Part shown: piece by piece, positions 21,489 through 38,910 of the stretch
Position numbering within the stretch: position 1 is the stretch's first letter
Layout of the letters: the number at the start of each line of letters is the position of its first letter
Assembly: GCF_963506605.1 (NCBI RefSeq)
Contig: NC_083283.1
Coordinates: forward strand, 31,372,001-31,436,000
Direction: 5' to 3'
DNA length: 64,000 nt
Source of the DNA: Zootoca vivipara
Lineage: Eukaryota
Program-made: the position numbers and the translations under genes
The notes under the pieces: model-generated
Told to the model about the DNA's origin: nothing
What the model saw: only the letters and a program-made list of their open reading frames with translations
The model's database searches: none

Positions 21489-24400
21489 TGGCTCAGCTGT
21501 CACCAAGCTGTTAGTTGTGGTTGCCATAAACCCTTTCCTCCTGAGCCCCTTAAACTCATGTAGAGAACTCACAGGGGCCAGTTCTTGCAGGTTCCAATTA
21601 GTTTTCAAAAAGAGAGAAACTGTGCAGGATTTGAGATGGTTTTGTCTTCTCCGAAGCCATCAACTCTTACAAAAAAAATCAGCTTCTGGCTAACTAGGTG
21701 GTCAGAGCTAAAAGGTAGATCCTGTGGCACCCATCAAAACACGGACAAGATGGGAAAGCTTGATGGTATGACAAGTTCCAGTGCTGGATGTAGTCAGAGA
21801 AAGGATCCTGCCTGGGTTGGAGCACAGACAGCACCTCTGTCCTGTGGTGGCTGAGTAGTTTGGAACTTAAGAAGAGATGGAAGGTGCTGGCCAGCTATCC
21901 TGCACTCCCTATTCCTACAGCCATGTGTCCAGTTCTAGCTTAAGAAGAGAGTATATACCAGAGCTCACTACCCCCTGAGCCTCAGCTGTTGGCAGTGAAT
22001 GTGGTCAAACAGCAGAAAGGGCAGACCTGGGCTAGAGTGTTCATGCCAGTAATTATTCAGAAGTTCAGGAGTATTCACTTCTGTCTGCCTTGTTCGTGGA
22101 GGCCTACTGTAAATAGCATGCAGATTTCTTGGTGTTCAATATGAAAAGGATAAAATGATAAATATTATCAAGCACACTATACAAGTAAAATCAGAACTGA
22201 TCCTAATCCAGTTACTCACCAGGTTACTAAGACAGACCCTTTCTCCTCCACAGTACATAGAATTGCGAAGTGAGCCTAGATCAACATCCATCTTTGACAG
22301 AAGAATTTGTTCTTGGTTAGATACTAATTGATCAACCACTGACATTGTGTCTAGATGTAATTTTTCAGCCATCTGCTCAATGCCTTTATATGTTCTGAAC
22401 AACTGTTTTGAATTATTTCCTTCCAGAAGTTGACACAGCCTTGAAAACAAGAAATAAGATTTGCTGATGTACAAGAAAGTTTCCAAAAGCAGCCTGAATA
22501 CACAATAAAGGGGGATCAATGCAATTATTTCAGTAAAACTCATTTATAGAAACTGATTGTTCATTTAAGTATGGCAGCACAACAGTAGCTTTTGTTTTCT
22601 CTCTGTAACTGTAAAACAGTTGCAGAAAATAACAAAATTATGAGACCAGAGTTGGTCCAATTAATTATCTCATATACAGCCCATTACACAGCAAATAATT
22701 GTTGCAGGTTTGGCTATACTAGAGTTGCACACATTCTTAATTCATATGAGAAACCACATAAGTTATCCCAACCCCAAAATAAGTTAAATCCAATGATTTA
22801 AATAGGCTTCTGCATGATTCTGTATAGGTTCAGTTAGCATGACTTCCTAATTTGATAATCAGCTTAAGTGCAAGTATCCAGGCCTAAAACCTCAATTTGG
22901 CTCATAAATGCTTAAGCTTGTGAGAAGGCATGCCTCCATACATCAGAAGCAGCTGAAAACATTCCAAGGCCAGGAACATTTATGTGTATAAAAAATTAAG
23001 ATAATCAGCAAAGGCCAACCCAATACATTCCAATAGTTATGCTGGCTCAGAGTGGTTATGTTTTTGAAAAACTCACTGATTTCAATGGAACTTAGTTCCA
23101 CATTTAGGATTAGTTTTCCACAATAGACTTCAATTAATACATTCATAATTCTATCAATAATCAGCTGCTTACCTCTGTGCAGTAGTATCTTTTGAATCAA
23201 TAGTGTTTCTTGGTATTTTATGATGGGATATTGATGGCTCTGACATTGTTTCTAGTACCTGCACCAAAGTATTACTGCTCTGTTTCAGATCTTGTACTAT
23301 GCTTTCTAGAAGACTGTTATTATCCCTAAGTTTTCTCAACTCAATTTCATAAGCCAACTGAAGAAGTTCAAAGGATGCCTTCTGTTTGATCAACTGATTA
23401 CAAATTTGATCTTGTCTTGATATGTAGTAGTCCTGTCGAGCAATCTGTAAATCAAAGTCACCCCTCACCACAGGCATATTCAATAGCTCTGCATCCTCCT
23501 TTATTAGCAAAGGTAGAGTTTCATTGTTTATTTGAGCCAGGTGCTTTTTGAGTTTTGAAATGTCGCTGTTCAGGCTAGAAATTCTGGTTTCAACATTTTC
23601 CTTTCCAGGAGTCTGCAAACAAACAAACAAACAAACAAACAAACAAACAAACAAACAGATCCTGTAAACCATACGCTTCTACTGTCTCCCTTCTGTCACT
23701 AACAAGTTCCAAATTCAGATACAGATCTTTTTTAATAAAGGCAGAGAACAAATTTTAATAAATAAAAGATTCAAAATGTTAACTTTAGGAATTAGATAAC
23801 AAGTGGAATAGTTCTCTAGAAAATAATACTAATAAGGCTCAATACCTCAATAATTTTATAGCCATCAACAATAAACCTGTAATGCCATTTTAGTTACAGT
23901 CTCATTAAATAAAAACTGATGAAGTGTGTGTGTGTGTGTATGCTTTTTTAAAAAATAGCCTGGTGGTTAAAATTAAAATAGAATTTTAAAAAACGTAAAA
24001 CTGACTCCACATTGACAGGGTAGACTCCAACTGTCATGGCACTCACACACCAACTTCTGCTCATACAACAGAACTTCTCCTTTCTTTCCAGGGAACAGGA
24101 ACAATGGCTTTGTTGGATACACCCCAGATTCTTTATATCTGTACAGTGCCACAAAGTCCGGTTGTGAAATAATAATAATCTTCAAGACATACCTTCTTTA
24201 AAGAACAAATATGATCCTCTGCCCACTGGAGACCCGATTTCATGCTTAGATTCTTAGCTTCTTGTTGAATCAGCTGATGCCGAGCACAAACATAAGCCAC
24301 CTGCAACCTGGTTAGCTCTTGCCTGTCCTCACATACATCATTGCTCTCATCAGAAGTAAAAGAATTCCTTATATCTACAAGCTGGAATTTTTCTTCATTG

Positions 24401-25110
24401 GAACTTTCAACCAACTCAGATATACCTTGGAAAAATTGTTTCTTTGTATACAAAGTAAGGGCTGCTGTGCTTTGTTCTTCTTGACACAAGTATTTATCTA
24501 AGGCAAGTTGGGCTAAAAGGACAGGAGCAGGGTCCAATTCTTGTTGTCTGGATGCAACAGCAAAGAAAGAGGTCAACTTTCCAATTTTTTGAGTAAGACA
24601 CTGCAGCTCATTGTTTATCTTTGTATTCATGGCATTGAGAATTCCTTGTGCCTCTTTCAGGGTTTTAGGTTTTTCCTCTCCTGTGTCTTTCAGCTTCAGG
24701 CACAGAATGTTATTGGCTGAGGCCACTGTTTGAAGCTTGTTCCGACGACGGCTTTTTAGGTGTTTCCTTTTTTGAAGGGTCTGAAGCTCATCCTCTAATA
24801 TTTTAAGGTTTTCTTCTTTGTCTTCATCACAACTGTTGGTTTTAAGTTCAAGAGATTTACATGTCTTCAGAGCTTCATCTAGAGCATCCTCTTCTAATAG
24901 TGGGTTTGTTGATTTAAGGAGCAGATTAAATGACTGCAGCTCTTCTTCAGATAAGGTATGACTCTCATTCAACGTTGTACAAAACCATTCCAGAAATGAC
25001 TTATCTTCCAGCGTTTCAAACAGCCAGTCAAAGTCTTCTCCATTAAGAGAACCTGCCTTTGGATAGCCAATCCTCTTTAGAGTTTCAACAAACTTGGGAC
25101 CGCAGTCCAT
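20920..25110 (-). CDS. HAUS3: HAUS augmin-like complex subunit 3; join(25110-24193,23612-23173,22439-22220,21144-20920), 600 aa
   Basis: MDCGPKFVETLKRIGYPKAGSLNGEDFDWLFE..., LNMPVVRGDFDLQIARQDYY and LWVYFFKDEECLK are HAUS3 signature segments. Exons 918/440/220/225 nt splice in frame with no stops. Confidence 0.95.
22220..22439 (-). CDS. HAUS3: HAUS3 coding exon 3
   Basis: 220 nt, LCQLLEGNNSKQLFRTY...CLSNL; donor GTGAGT. Confidence 0.92.
23173..23612 (-). CDS. HAUS3: HAUS3 coding exon 2
   Basis: 440 nt; acceptor follows a (GTTT)n tract; donor GTAAGC; phase 0-2. Confidence 0.94.
23616..23657. repeat. (CAAA)n / (TTTG)n microsatellite, ~10 units
   Basis: Directly visible. Confidence 0.95.
24193..25110 (-). 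CDS. HAUS3: HAUS3 coding exon 1 (exon acceptor at 25172)
   Basis: ORF 24133..25110; donor GTATGT; phase 0. Confidence 0.95.
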
Positions 25111-25282
25111 GATTTCAAGATGTCTTCAACCTTGGATATTTGCAGAGGCTTGTCAATAGGCTTCAAAAATATCTGTAGCAAACGAAAGTATAGAATGATA
25201 AACAGAAAATATACTTTTAAGTAAAGTTCTGCAAAAAAAAAAAGACAAACAGAACATACAAAAAATACAGTAAACTACAGTA

Positions 25283-25560
25283 CAGTGGTACCTCGGTTTA
25301 TGAACACAATTGGTTCCGGAAGTCTGTTCATAAATTGAAGCGTTCATAAACTGAAGCGAACTTTCCCATTGAAAGTAATGGAAGGTGGATTAATCTGTTC
25401 CAGACGGTCCACGGAGTACTTAAACTGAAGCGTTCATAAACTGAAGCGAACTTTCCCATTGAAAGTAATGGAAAGTGAATTAATCCGTTCCAGATGGGTC
25501 TGCGGCGTTCGTAAACCGAAAATTCGTAAACTGAGGTGTTCATAAACCGAGGTTCCACTG
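25283..25560. mobile_element. Tc1/mariner(pogo)-type MITE in HAUS3 intron 1
   Basis: TA TSD; TIR CAGTGGTACCTCGGTTTATGAAC; duplicated internal module. Confidence 0.85.
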
Positions 25561-26999
25561 TATATGTTTTTCACTGGCTAGATAGAATATATATAATTTT
25601 GCATGTTGATTACAAACTAGCCAACCCATAGTTGCCTGTCATCACTATGCAGAAAAACACTGTAGCAATTGCTTAATAATAATCTCACCTGTGTTGTAGA
25701 GCTGGCAGTAAAAAATGCTGGTTTGCTGCACTAGCTTCCAGGCTAGGACAGCAAGAAGCCCCAGTTGAGCCCACTGCATCACACAATATGGCAGCAGAGT
25801 CTGCACAATATTCAGCAGATCCTGCATGCTCAGCCCCTCCCTGCCCCAAATCACCCTGCTTTGGGGGATTCTGCTGATTACCACTGGTAGGAATGCTGCC
25901 AGAGAAATGTTGGTGGAATGCTGTCCATCTCCTGTTTGGGTGCGTGCACTGGGACATTCCTCACTCAGAGGTAAATCCACCAGAGTAGAAGAACTTCCTA
26001 CTAAGGAAGTTACAGAGGGGTAGCCATATTAGACTTTTTAACTTTTGCCAACATATTTTATTGTGGCTGAAGCTTTTGTGTGTCAGACACCACCAGATCA
26101 AGTGTGGCACGGCCTAGTCAGCTGCTGGTGGCCTCAAGAGGATTAACTTTTTCCAGATGTCAAATTCTCCAGAAGGCTGGCTCCTGTCTCAACAAAGGCA
26201 GAATACTTACCAGTTACATGTGTTTGAGAGCACACCCCATCACATTCAATGGCAAATCTCGATTAGCACCACATCCATGCATGTTTACTCCCAATGAAGT
26301 ACAGTAAGCCCACAACTTACCCTCTTTTAACTTGTACGTATTCAGCTTTACACACTTGGCTAAAAAAGAAATGGAAAGGGTGCAAGCATCCAGCAAAAAA
26401 AAAAAAGAGAGACTTTGGCAATCCCACCCGCCATTGAACCCAATGTGATTTGACAGTACAAGATGTTGGCTTTAGATGTGAACCCCAGAACGTAGCCCCC
26501 ACATTAGTGGTGGGCTTACTGTATGCAAAAGGAATACAGCTCTGGACGACAAGCTACTGCCACAACAGCAGTGCAGGCCTAGGCACACACACCTAGTCAG
26601 AGGGAAGTCCCACATTGTTCAACGGGGCTAACTCTAAAGTACGTGTGCAGTGGGTTGCAGCCTAGCAACGCAATCCTGTGCATGACTGTAAGTCTCTCTG
26701 GCTCCAAGGGGGCTTGGCCTCTCAAGTTTGTCCAGGATTGCAGCTTTAAAGATGCAACTCTGTACATATCCTCTCAAAAGTAACCCACTACTGGGTTCAA
26801 TGGCAGCTTATGCGTGCACGGAACTGCAGCCTAACTCTGTCTAGTCTTTACGGTGCGACGAGGCTCGTTTCCTTGTAGGACTGCATCCAACTAAGTTACA
26901 TTCGGAGCAGATCTACTGAAATCAATGAACCCAAGTTATCGTGGATCCATGGATCTACTCTGCATTGAACTAGCCTGTTTTTTGTTTTGCGCAAAAGAA

Positions 27000-27400
27000 C
27001 CAAGGCAGCTGGTGGTGCCTTCCCCCGCAAACCCAAACCCCTCTGCTCGACTTACTTCCGAGTAAAGTTTGCAGAAGATCGGCCTCCCGGCAAGCCAGAT
27101 ATCTGCTCACGTAGGAGCGCCGAGATCCGATAAAGGGCATCCAACTGCCGCTACGGTTTAGCGGGCGCCACTGGAGGAGGATTCAAACCGCCTTCTCGCG
27201 GCGGCTGACATCCTTCAAAGTCTCGCGAGAGCAGCTCAGCCCTTCCGGGTGGCGAAACCGCGCGTCACTCAGCCGGCCGCTTCTTCCGCTTATAGGGGGT
27301 TCCTGTATCTGTCTTTTACCTCCCGTGGGATTCGACTGACGGTTGGGCTTAAACGGCGCGGCGAATTACCGCCACTCCGATGTGTGTGCATGGGCGACTG
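27000..27400 (-). promoter_or_regulatory. HAUS3 CpG-island promoter and probable non-coding exon 1 (donor GTGAG at 27110-27106)
   Basis: CpG-dense; TCTCGCGAGA palindrome at 27221-27230; GGCGGTTTGAA (CDE/CHR-like) on the minus strand at 27192-27182. Confidence 0.7.
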
Positions 27401-27405
27401 GCCCA

Positions 27406-27540
27406 TCTGAAGTATCTGAAGAAGTGTGCATGCACACGAAAGCTCATACCAAAATAAAAACTTAGTTGGTCTTTAAGGTGCTACTGAAGGAATTTTTAAA
27501 TTTTGTTTCGACTCAGACCAACACGGCTACCTGCCTGTAA
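27406..27540 (+). mobile_element. Penelope-like pLTR remnant with hammerhead motif
   Basis: Near-identical to the right arm and tail of 8555-8683. Confidence 0.8.
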
Positions 27541-28557
27541 CTGGCAATTTCTAGTGAAGCAACCTCTTGCGAACTACGTTTCCCAGCATGCCACGGGCAC
27601 GCAGAAGGCTGGGGTTTTCCCGGGCCACTATTATACAAATTGCGTAGACTGAAGGATGAGGAGCGCATGCCTTTTTTCTGTAATAGCATAGCTTTAAAAT
27701 CCCGTGACATGATTAAACTGGGCTCATAAATGTAAGACTGAAGCCGTCCCCCTGTCATTTGCATAGATAGAACTTGCGCAACTAAGGAAATCCCACAGGA
27801 GAAATTACCAGGAACTGTGGCCCCGTGATCCCAAGAATGCAAATATCGAGTTTTCCCCCAATAAAGCGATGGGAGTTGTTTATATTGTGTATGCTTTATT
27901 TATAAACTTAAAGCGCTATAGCGACACTCCCATTGCCTGGAAATGGGATGTTCCTTTTACTTGTCTGCCATTTCTCTTCTCCACCTGCAACGCAAAAGTA
28001 ACACAGGTCCCTAGAAAGGATAGAATCCCCTGGAGCTGTGGTTTGACAAGCAGCGTATCATTCATCCGTCCCCGCCTTCAAAAAGTACAAGTAAATATAC
28101 AAGATCATAGCCTCTCCAACTCAGATCTTATTTTCCTGTAGGGAAAGCGTAACTCCCTTCCATTAAAAAGTTCTGGTGGAAAAGCAAAGACACAGTCCAC
28201 AGTTATTACCCAACACTGAAAATGGAGGAGGCAGAAGTAGCTGGAGAGCAATTTACGACGGCGCTGCAGTGTGGTTCAGTGTTGTTGGGAACACACAATA
28301 CACCGAAGCCACCCTTTTTGTGCGACAAAGGAGTGGTCTAGACTGCTTAATTATACAATACATCGAACACACTCCTGTTTCGGATTTTCAGCGACATTAA
28401 ATAAAATTTTTAAATTGCCTAGATCAGATTTCATAAAGGTAGCCGTGTTAGCCTGCGGCTTCTGGAACCTTAAACTATAGATACAAACTTTGGACTGCAA
28501 CTCCCAACATTCCTGATCATTGGGAGTTCAGCAACATGTGGAGGGCTACAGCTACAC

Positions 28558-28598
28558 ATTGTTTAGTCGTTTAGTCGTGTCCGACTCTTCGTGACCCC
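28558..28598 (-). mobile_element. BovB 3' terminal fragment
   Basis: Reverse complement of the 3' end of the 1923-2619 copy (GGGGTCACGAAGAGTCGGACACGACTAAACGACTAAACAA). Confidence 0.85.
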
Positions 28599-28599
28599 A

Positions 28600-29300
28600 A
28601 TTACCCTGCCTCAAAGACGGCGCCGCCTTGTTATTGTCGAATCAGAGGGGAAACTACAGGGGGCGCTACTTTAGCCTTTCTCTCCCCTCCCTCTCTCTAT
28701 GGTTTTTCGTACGCGTCAACTTCGGAGACCGGAAACCGGTGTCTGTGACCGAAAGGAAGTGGTTTCGGGCGGAGAGGGGGGGCGGTTGTCCCGGCTGGAA
28801 CCGTGAGGGGCCTGAGAAGCTACTCGGCGAATATCTTTCGGGCGCTGGCAGGGCAGAGGTGAGCGGGGACGGGAGCACCAGCGGGTGGGGCCGACCGGCA
28901 AACCCATTCCTTCCCTTTTCGCGTGTTGTGACTGCCGTCAGGGACCCTTTCCCCCCCGTCCTGTTGACTTTGGGAAGAGGCCGGGTGAAAAGCAGGTCCC
29001 GTTGCGACCGAGGCGCAGCTGAGCCTGAGGGAACCGAACGCGTTCGCTGTGCGGCGCTTTTCTGTCCGCAGCGGACAGTCCGCTCTTAACTGCCCTGCTA
29101 CAGAGAGCTGCGCCGTCCTCGCCTAACTTCGTTGGCCCCCGTTTCTCCACACCGACTCGCCCCCCGAAAACTCTTCCGTTTGCCTCAGACTGTTCCCCCT
29201 GTCGTCGCCGCCGCCCCATATACGAAACAGCCGGCCCACTTCTGTCGAAAGAGCCCAGGGCCACCTCAGTCCACCGCCTTGAGGAGGAACCCAAAGCTAC
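28600..29300 (+). promoter_or_regulatory. ELOC CpG-island promoter with non-coding exon 1 ending at 28858
   Basis: CpG-dense; ETS-type CCGGAA/GGAAGT motifs at ~28729-28761; donor GAG|GTGAGC at 28859. Confidence 0.75.
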
Positions 29301-32300
29301 ATCCACAGAACAGTCTCCATGCGGCCTGCGCTTTTTTCATCCCACATGATCTCGCGCCTGGATTTTCCTCACACTGTCGCGCTTCTTTTTCTCATCAATT
29401 AAAACCCGAGTGTACCCAGATTTCAGTGTTGCTTGGTTTCTAACACTTCTTTTCCTAAAACCACCGGGTAGGGGGATCTTCATGTCCCAAGTCTTGGAAA
29501 GCAGGCTGTCTGTGTGTAGTTTAGGCATGGAGCGTGTCACCTGAAATCAGCCTTTATTTATGCAACGAATCCCCCTGTTTTTCAGCCTCGGTTCCCAAGT
29601 GGCTCTTGCTGTTATTTTAAAACAGCTTATGACACAAAACAACCTGAATTAAAATACAGAAGTCGAGTTATTTCCACCCCCGCCTAGCAAAACAAAGCAG
29701 TTTTTTTTCTTGTTTTAAAAATAGGTTAACAGAGGGACCAGGTGAATAGGCAGAGAAACAGAGTTGTGTGTGACCACTAGAAAGGACCTGGTATCCATCT
29801 TTGTCGTTCAAGGTGCAGATATCAAGAGCCTAGTAAATGAGGGGAGCTCACTTCATGACTTTAACTGTTCTGGTCCAGAGCTCCTTTGATGTAGCGCTTG
29901 CTGCATCTACAGTATTCTAAAGGTCACAATATAAGTAGATCTTAATAATTTTCTTTCAGAAGTTCCAGGACTTCCTCTTTTCATATAATTAATCTTAATG
30001 ATGTTTGTGTATGAGTGGGCATAATTTTCATTGCATTGCCATAAAAATAATGAATCACATGTTTTGGGACACAATTAGCCAAATTCCAGTTCATTGTTTG
30101 TGGGTGAATTAATCAGCAATCAAAACAAAACTTATTTCAGATGTGCTTGAGAAACACTGAGTTAAAATTATTTTTTGTACCAGGTAGTGGGGACAGTTTT
30201 TACAGTAGACATACATATAGGAGCAGTCCTTATACAGTACACAAGAAACTGGTGCATGGTAAACCCAGCTTAAATTAAACCTGCATAAATTACACCAGAT
30301 CCAATATTCATTCCGAAAGGCTACTGCTGGCTGAGCTGGCCTAAGCCTGACAGAGGGAGAATAAGCCTTTAAATTACTGCTTGGGGTAAAGTTCCCATTT
30401 TGCTAGCTTAATTTACAATGGGTTGTCAGGTCCATGACTAAGCCCAAATCCTCCCTCTCTGGTCCTCCCCCCACCACACCCCTGGAATACCCCATTCTCA
30501 GGGCTTATGCTATTTTAAGATCTGCAAGGGAAGCTCAGTTGCTAAATTCCAGCTGGGAAGTGGAGATATGCCAGTGTACCTCTGAATGACCCAAGGATGG
30601 GGGAGTTAAGGTGGCATAGCCTTACAGTCATGGCAACCTGCAGGGTCAGTTGGAGATCTGCCTGATCATAATGACACTCATCCCATAATCTTCAGTGGCC
30701 CAAATATTTTTTTCAGTTACAAATTTGATGAAATTCCAGTTCTTATTTACTGGTAGTTTGTTTCTAAATTTCATTTCAGTTGATATTTATTATAGCATGT
30801 AAACAGAATATTAATCAGTGTGCTTGTATGCTGATTATTCAAAGAGACCTTCATATGCTTCCCTCCCCATGATAAATTCAGCAAAGCTGCTCTTAGAAAA
30901 TCTGCTGCCTAAGTGTTAAATAGCTGTTGGTATCCAGCAACCTTTTGAATAACTACAATATAAAGCTTGTACCAGCAGATCTGCTTGCAGTGTTGGGTGG
31001 GGAATTGGTAGGCTGAATAAAAGAATGTTAGGAGATACACAGTGTGGGAAAGTAGCAGATAACAGATTCTTATATCTGGAAAACTATGCAAAAAGCTTGG
31101 TGGATGTTATGCTACTTACAACATATAAACGGTTTATATTCTAAAGGTCAAAACTCCTCTTTCTGTTGTCTTTTAACACTGTCAACAAAATTAAAGAAGG
31201 CATTGTCTTTTATCTTTGATGTTCTTCCATAAAATAGTTGGCAGAACAATTAAATATCTCTTTAGAAATGTAGTGGGGGGGACCTTTTATAGAGTTGTGA
31301 TAAATCATGGGGCACACCTAATCCTTTATAATGTATACAGGAAACAAAAGGGGCTTCTCATAAGTTTTTGGGATGACATGATATAGCAACCATAAATTAC
31401 ATCATCCATGAAAATTTGCAGGCTTGTGCTTGTTGTAAATAACCTTCCCTCTTCTGCTCTGTTATTTCTTCCCCATAAGTTGTCAGATATTATTCCTTTG
31501 CAATGATGGAAAGTTTTTGTGTTTTTTCAAAACATGGGTGTAACCAAGTATGGCGTTGATCATTGGTGGGAGTGAAATGTTCAGTAGCCAATATGTTAGC
31601 TAAGAACTCCATTGAGACTGGGAAGAGACATTATAGGAGTGGCATGACTAGGCAGGAAAGTGGGGCCAAGACCCAAAGAAGGGTAGGTCAATCATTTTTA
31701 AGTGTTTTTAAATGGTGGTGTGTTCTCTCTTTGGCTGATTTGTGTTATAAGGTGGTAGTGAATCAGTTTTGTGTGTTTGTGTTGCATTTTTCTTCACTGC
31801 AGCACCAATGCTGAGGGATCATCCAGAATTTTTTTTGGGGGGGGAGGGGAAGTTCCACTGTGAGCCAAAGTCCACTTGTGCAACAGTGAATTTTGTTGTT
31901 TTGCTTAACTTGTATTCTTAAATAGTGAAGGAAGTGACTATAAAGTAGATTCCAATCCCTATCTGTGCCCATTGTGATTGTCCCTTCTTCCATTGTGTCT
32001 TCCCTTGCACCCTGAAAGAGTGCTTACCGGCTCATAGGAAGTACCGGTATAACTTGTCTCCATGAAATAATGTTTATTGCTACTTCTCAGCAAAAATAAA
32101 CCCCAAAGCACCTAACTAATATAATTTAATAAAGCATTCAAAATGAAAACATATTTTACTGTTTGTTTGTTTTAGTATTAAATTTGTATTATGAAAAAAT
32201 CCATTTGACTATAGAAGCTAGATAGAATAAAAGGCATTCACCTACCTACAAAAGCAAATGATAAATCAGTCCTGTTGGACAATAGAAAACTAGTACATTT

Positions 32301-33321
32301 TAATTACATATCGTCTGTGGAAGTTTTCAGTGTTTAATGTTGAATTATGTTTTCACTATTTTTTGTTGGGAGCCCCCCAGAGTGACTGTGGCAACCCAAT
32401 CAGATGGGTGGCATGTACATACACATGCGCGCGCGCACACACACACACACACCACCACCATCATTATTATTGTTATTATTATATTTGGAACTGGACCTCC
32501 CCAATGAACTTAAGGGAATGAGTAGTTATTTCTGGGAGGGCCAGTGCCTTGAAAAGTGACCTTGACTATTTGGACAAGTTAAGGATCAATATTTTGAGTT
32601 GAGCCTGGCAACTTGTATCCAGTGAAGACCCTTATATGCTATCTTGGCTTTCGTTGGCCAACATCTGGGTAGCCTTATTCTGGGCCATTGGAATTTTCCT
32701 AACTGTTTTCAAGCAAAGCCCCACATAAATCATATCACAGTAATCTAGTCTTGAAGCTTAAAAAGGTATGTATGAATAATTCATATTAAACTTACCTCTT
32801 TTGGAGTGAGAATCAGGTTCAAGCAGGACCTGAGGAAAAAGTAGTTGCAATAAGCCAAAAAAATACTTTGGTAGAAAGCCATTGTTAGGCATGTATTCAG
32901 ACAGTGCCCCCAAACGGTAGTTATTAGTTAACCTATCTAATTCGATCTGCGATCTGAATTGGAGTCTTGTGGCCAAAAAATACCCAGATGAGATTATGAG
33001 GTTGTTCCTGGAAATTGTCATGGGATTGGTTTTAAGGAGTTTTGGGTGACCTTGATCTCATACTTGTTGGTACTGATTAATGAAAACACTGGTCTACATG
33101 TGGTGTGGTAATGTGGCACAGCAAACATAGCTGAGTCATGTTTTTATTTAACTTTAATATCAGCTATAGAAAGGACTGCCATTTATGACCTTTTACATTG
33201 CCACCAATCCACGTATTTTGCTTTTAGTAATGAACTTAAATGTATATATACTTTTCTATTTGTTTTCAGATATTATCGAAAAGGCTCTAGGGGCAAAGAA
33301 CCAACCATCTGATAAGAAGAG

Positions 33322-38142
<4,821 letters not shown>

Positions 38143-38670
38143 AGTAAATTATAATAAAAATGTAAACCTTTTTTCCTCCCAATATTTAATGCACGTAGTT
38201 CAGTTAGTAACTTTTTCATATGGCATGTTCTGTATGTTTGGTTAAGAAGTGTAATGGTCACTGCAGAGGCTATTGTTCACAGTGATTTTGCATAGGAATC
38301 ATTCATGCTCTGTTTTTGTTTTGCTGCTTACACAAGTAACAGACTTCTTACCAACTGACAAATAAACATGCTAATTTAGTGGACGACTTTGCCCTATCCT
38401 TTTTGTGATGACAGAACTCTATTTTTCATGCTCTTAACCCACTGAAATAAGAGAAGTGCTTTCTGAGAGCAGATCTCAGCTAAGACTCCAATTCTGTATC
38501 AACTTAGAGTATGCCCCATTGAGTTCAATTGGACTTACTTCTGACCAGGATGCATTGCAGATATCTTTTTTTAAGGTTTCTTTTTTGCTTTGTCTTTTAT
38601 GTTATCTCAATTTTCACACTGTTCTGATTAAATTGATTGCTCTCTGATGGTAGTTCTTGCGATTATTATA

Positions 38671-38910
38671 CAGTGGTATCTCTGGTTACGAGCTTAATTT
38701 GTTCCGGAGGTCCATTCTTAACCTGAAACTGTTCTTAACCTGAGGTACCACTTTAGCTAATGGGGCCTCCCGCTGCTGCCGAGCCACCGGCACACGATTT
38801 CTGTTCTCATCCTGAGGTAAAGTTCTTAACCCAAGGTACTACGTCCGGGTTCGCAGAGTCTGTAACCCAGTGTTTGTAACCTGAGGTGTTTGTAACCTGA
38901 GGCACCACTG
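38671..38910. mobile_element. Tc1/mariner-type MITE
   Basis: TA TSD; TIR CAGTGGT..CTC.GGTTAC. Confidence 0.85.

Noticed and set aside
28628-29443. ORFs of 100-153 aa
   Set aside because: ELOC promoter/intron 1 CpG island; no recognisable protein.
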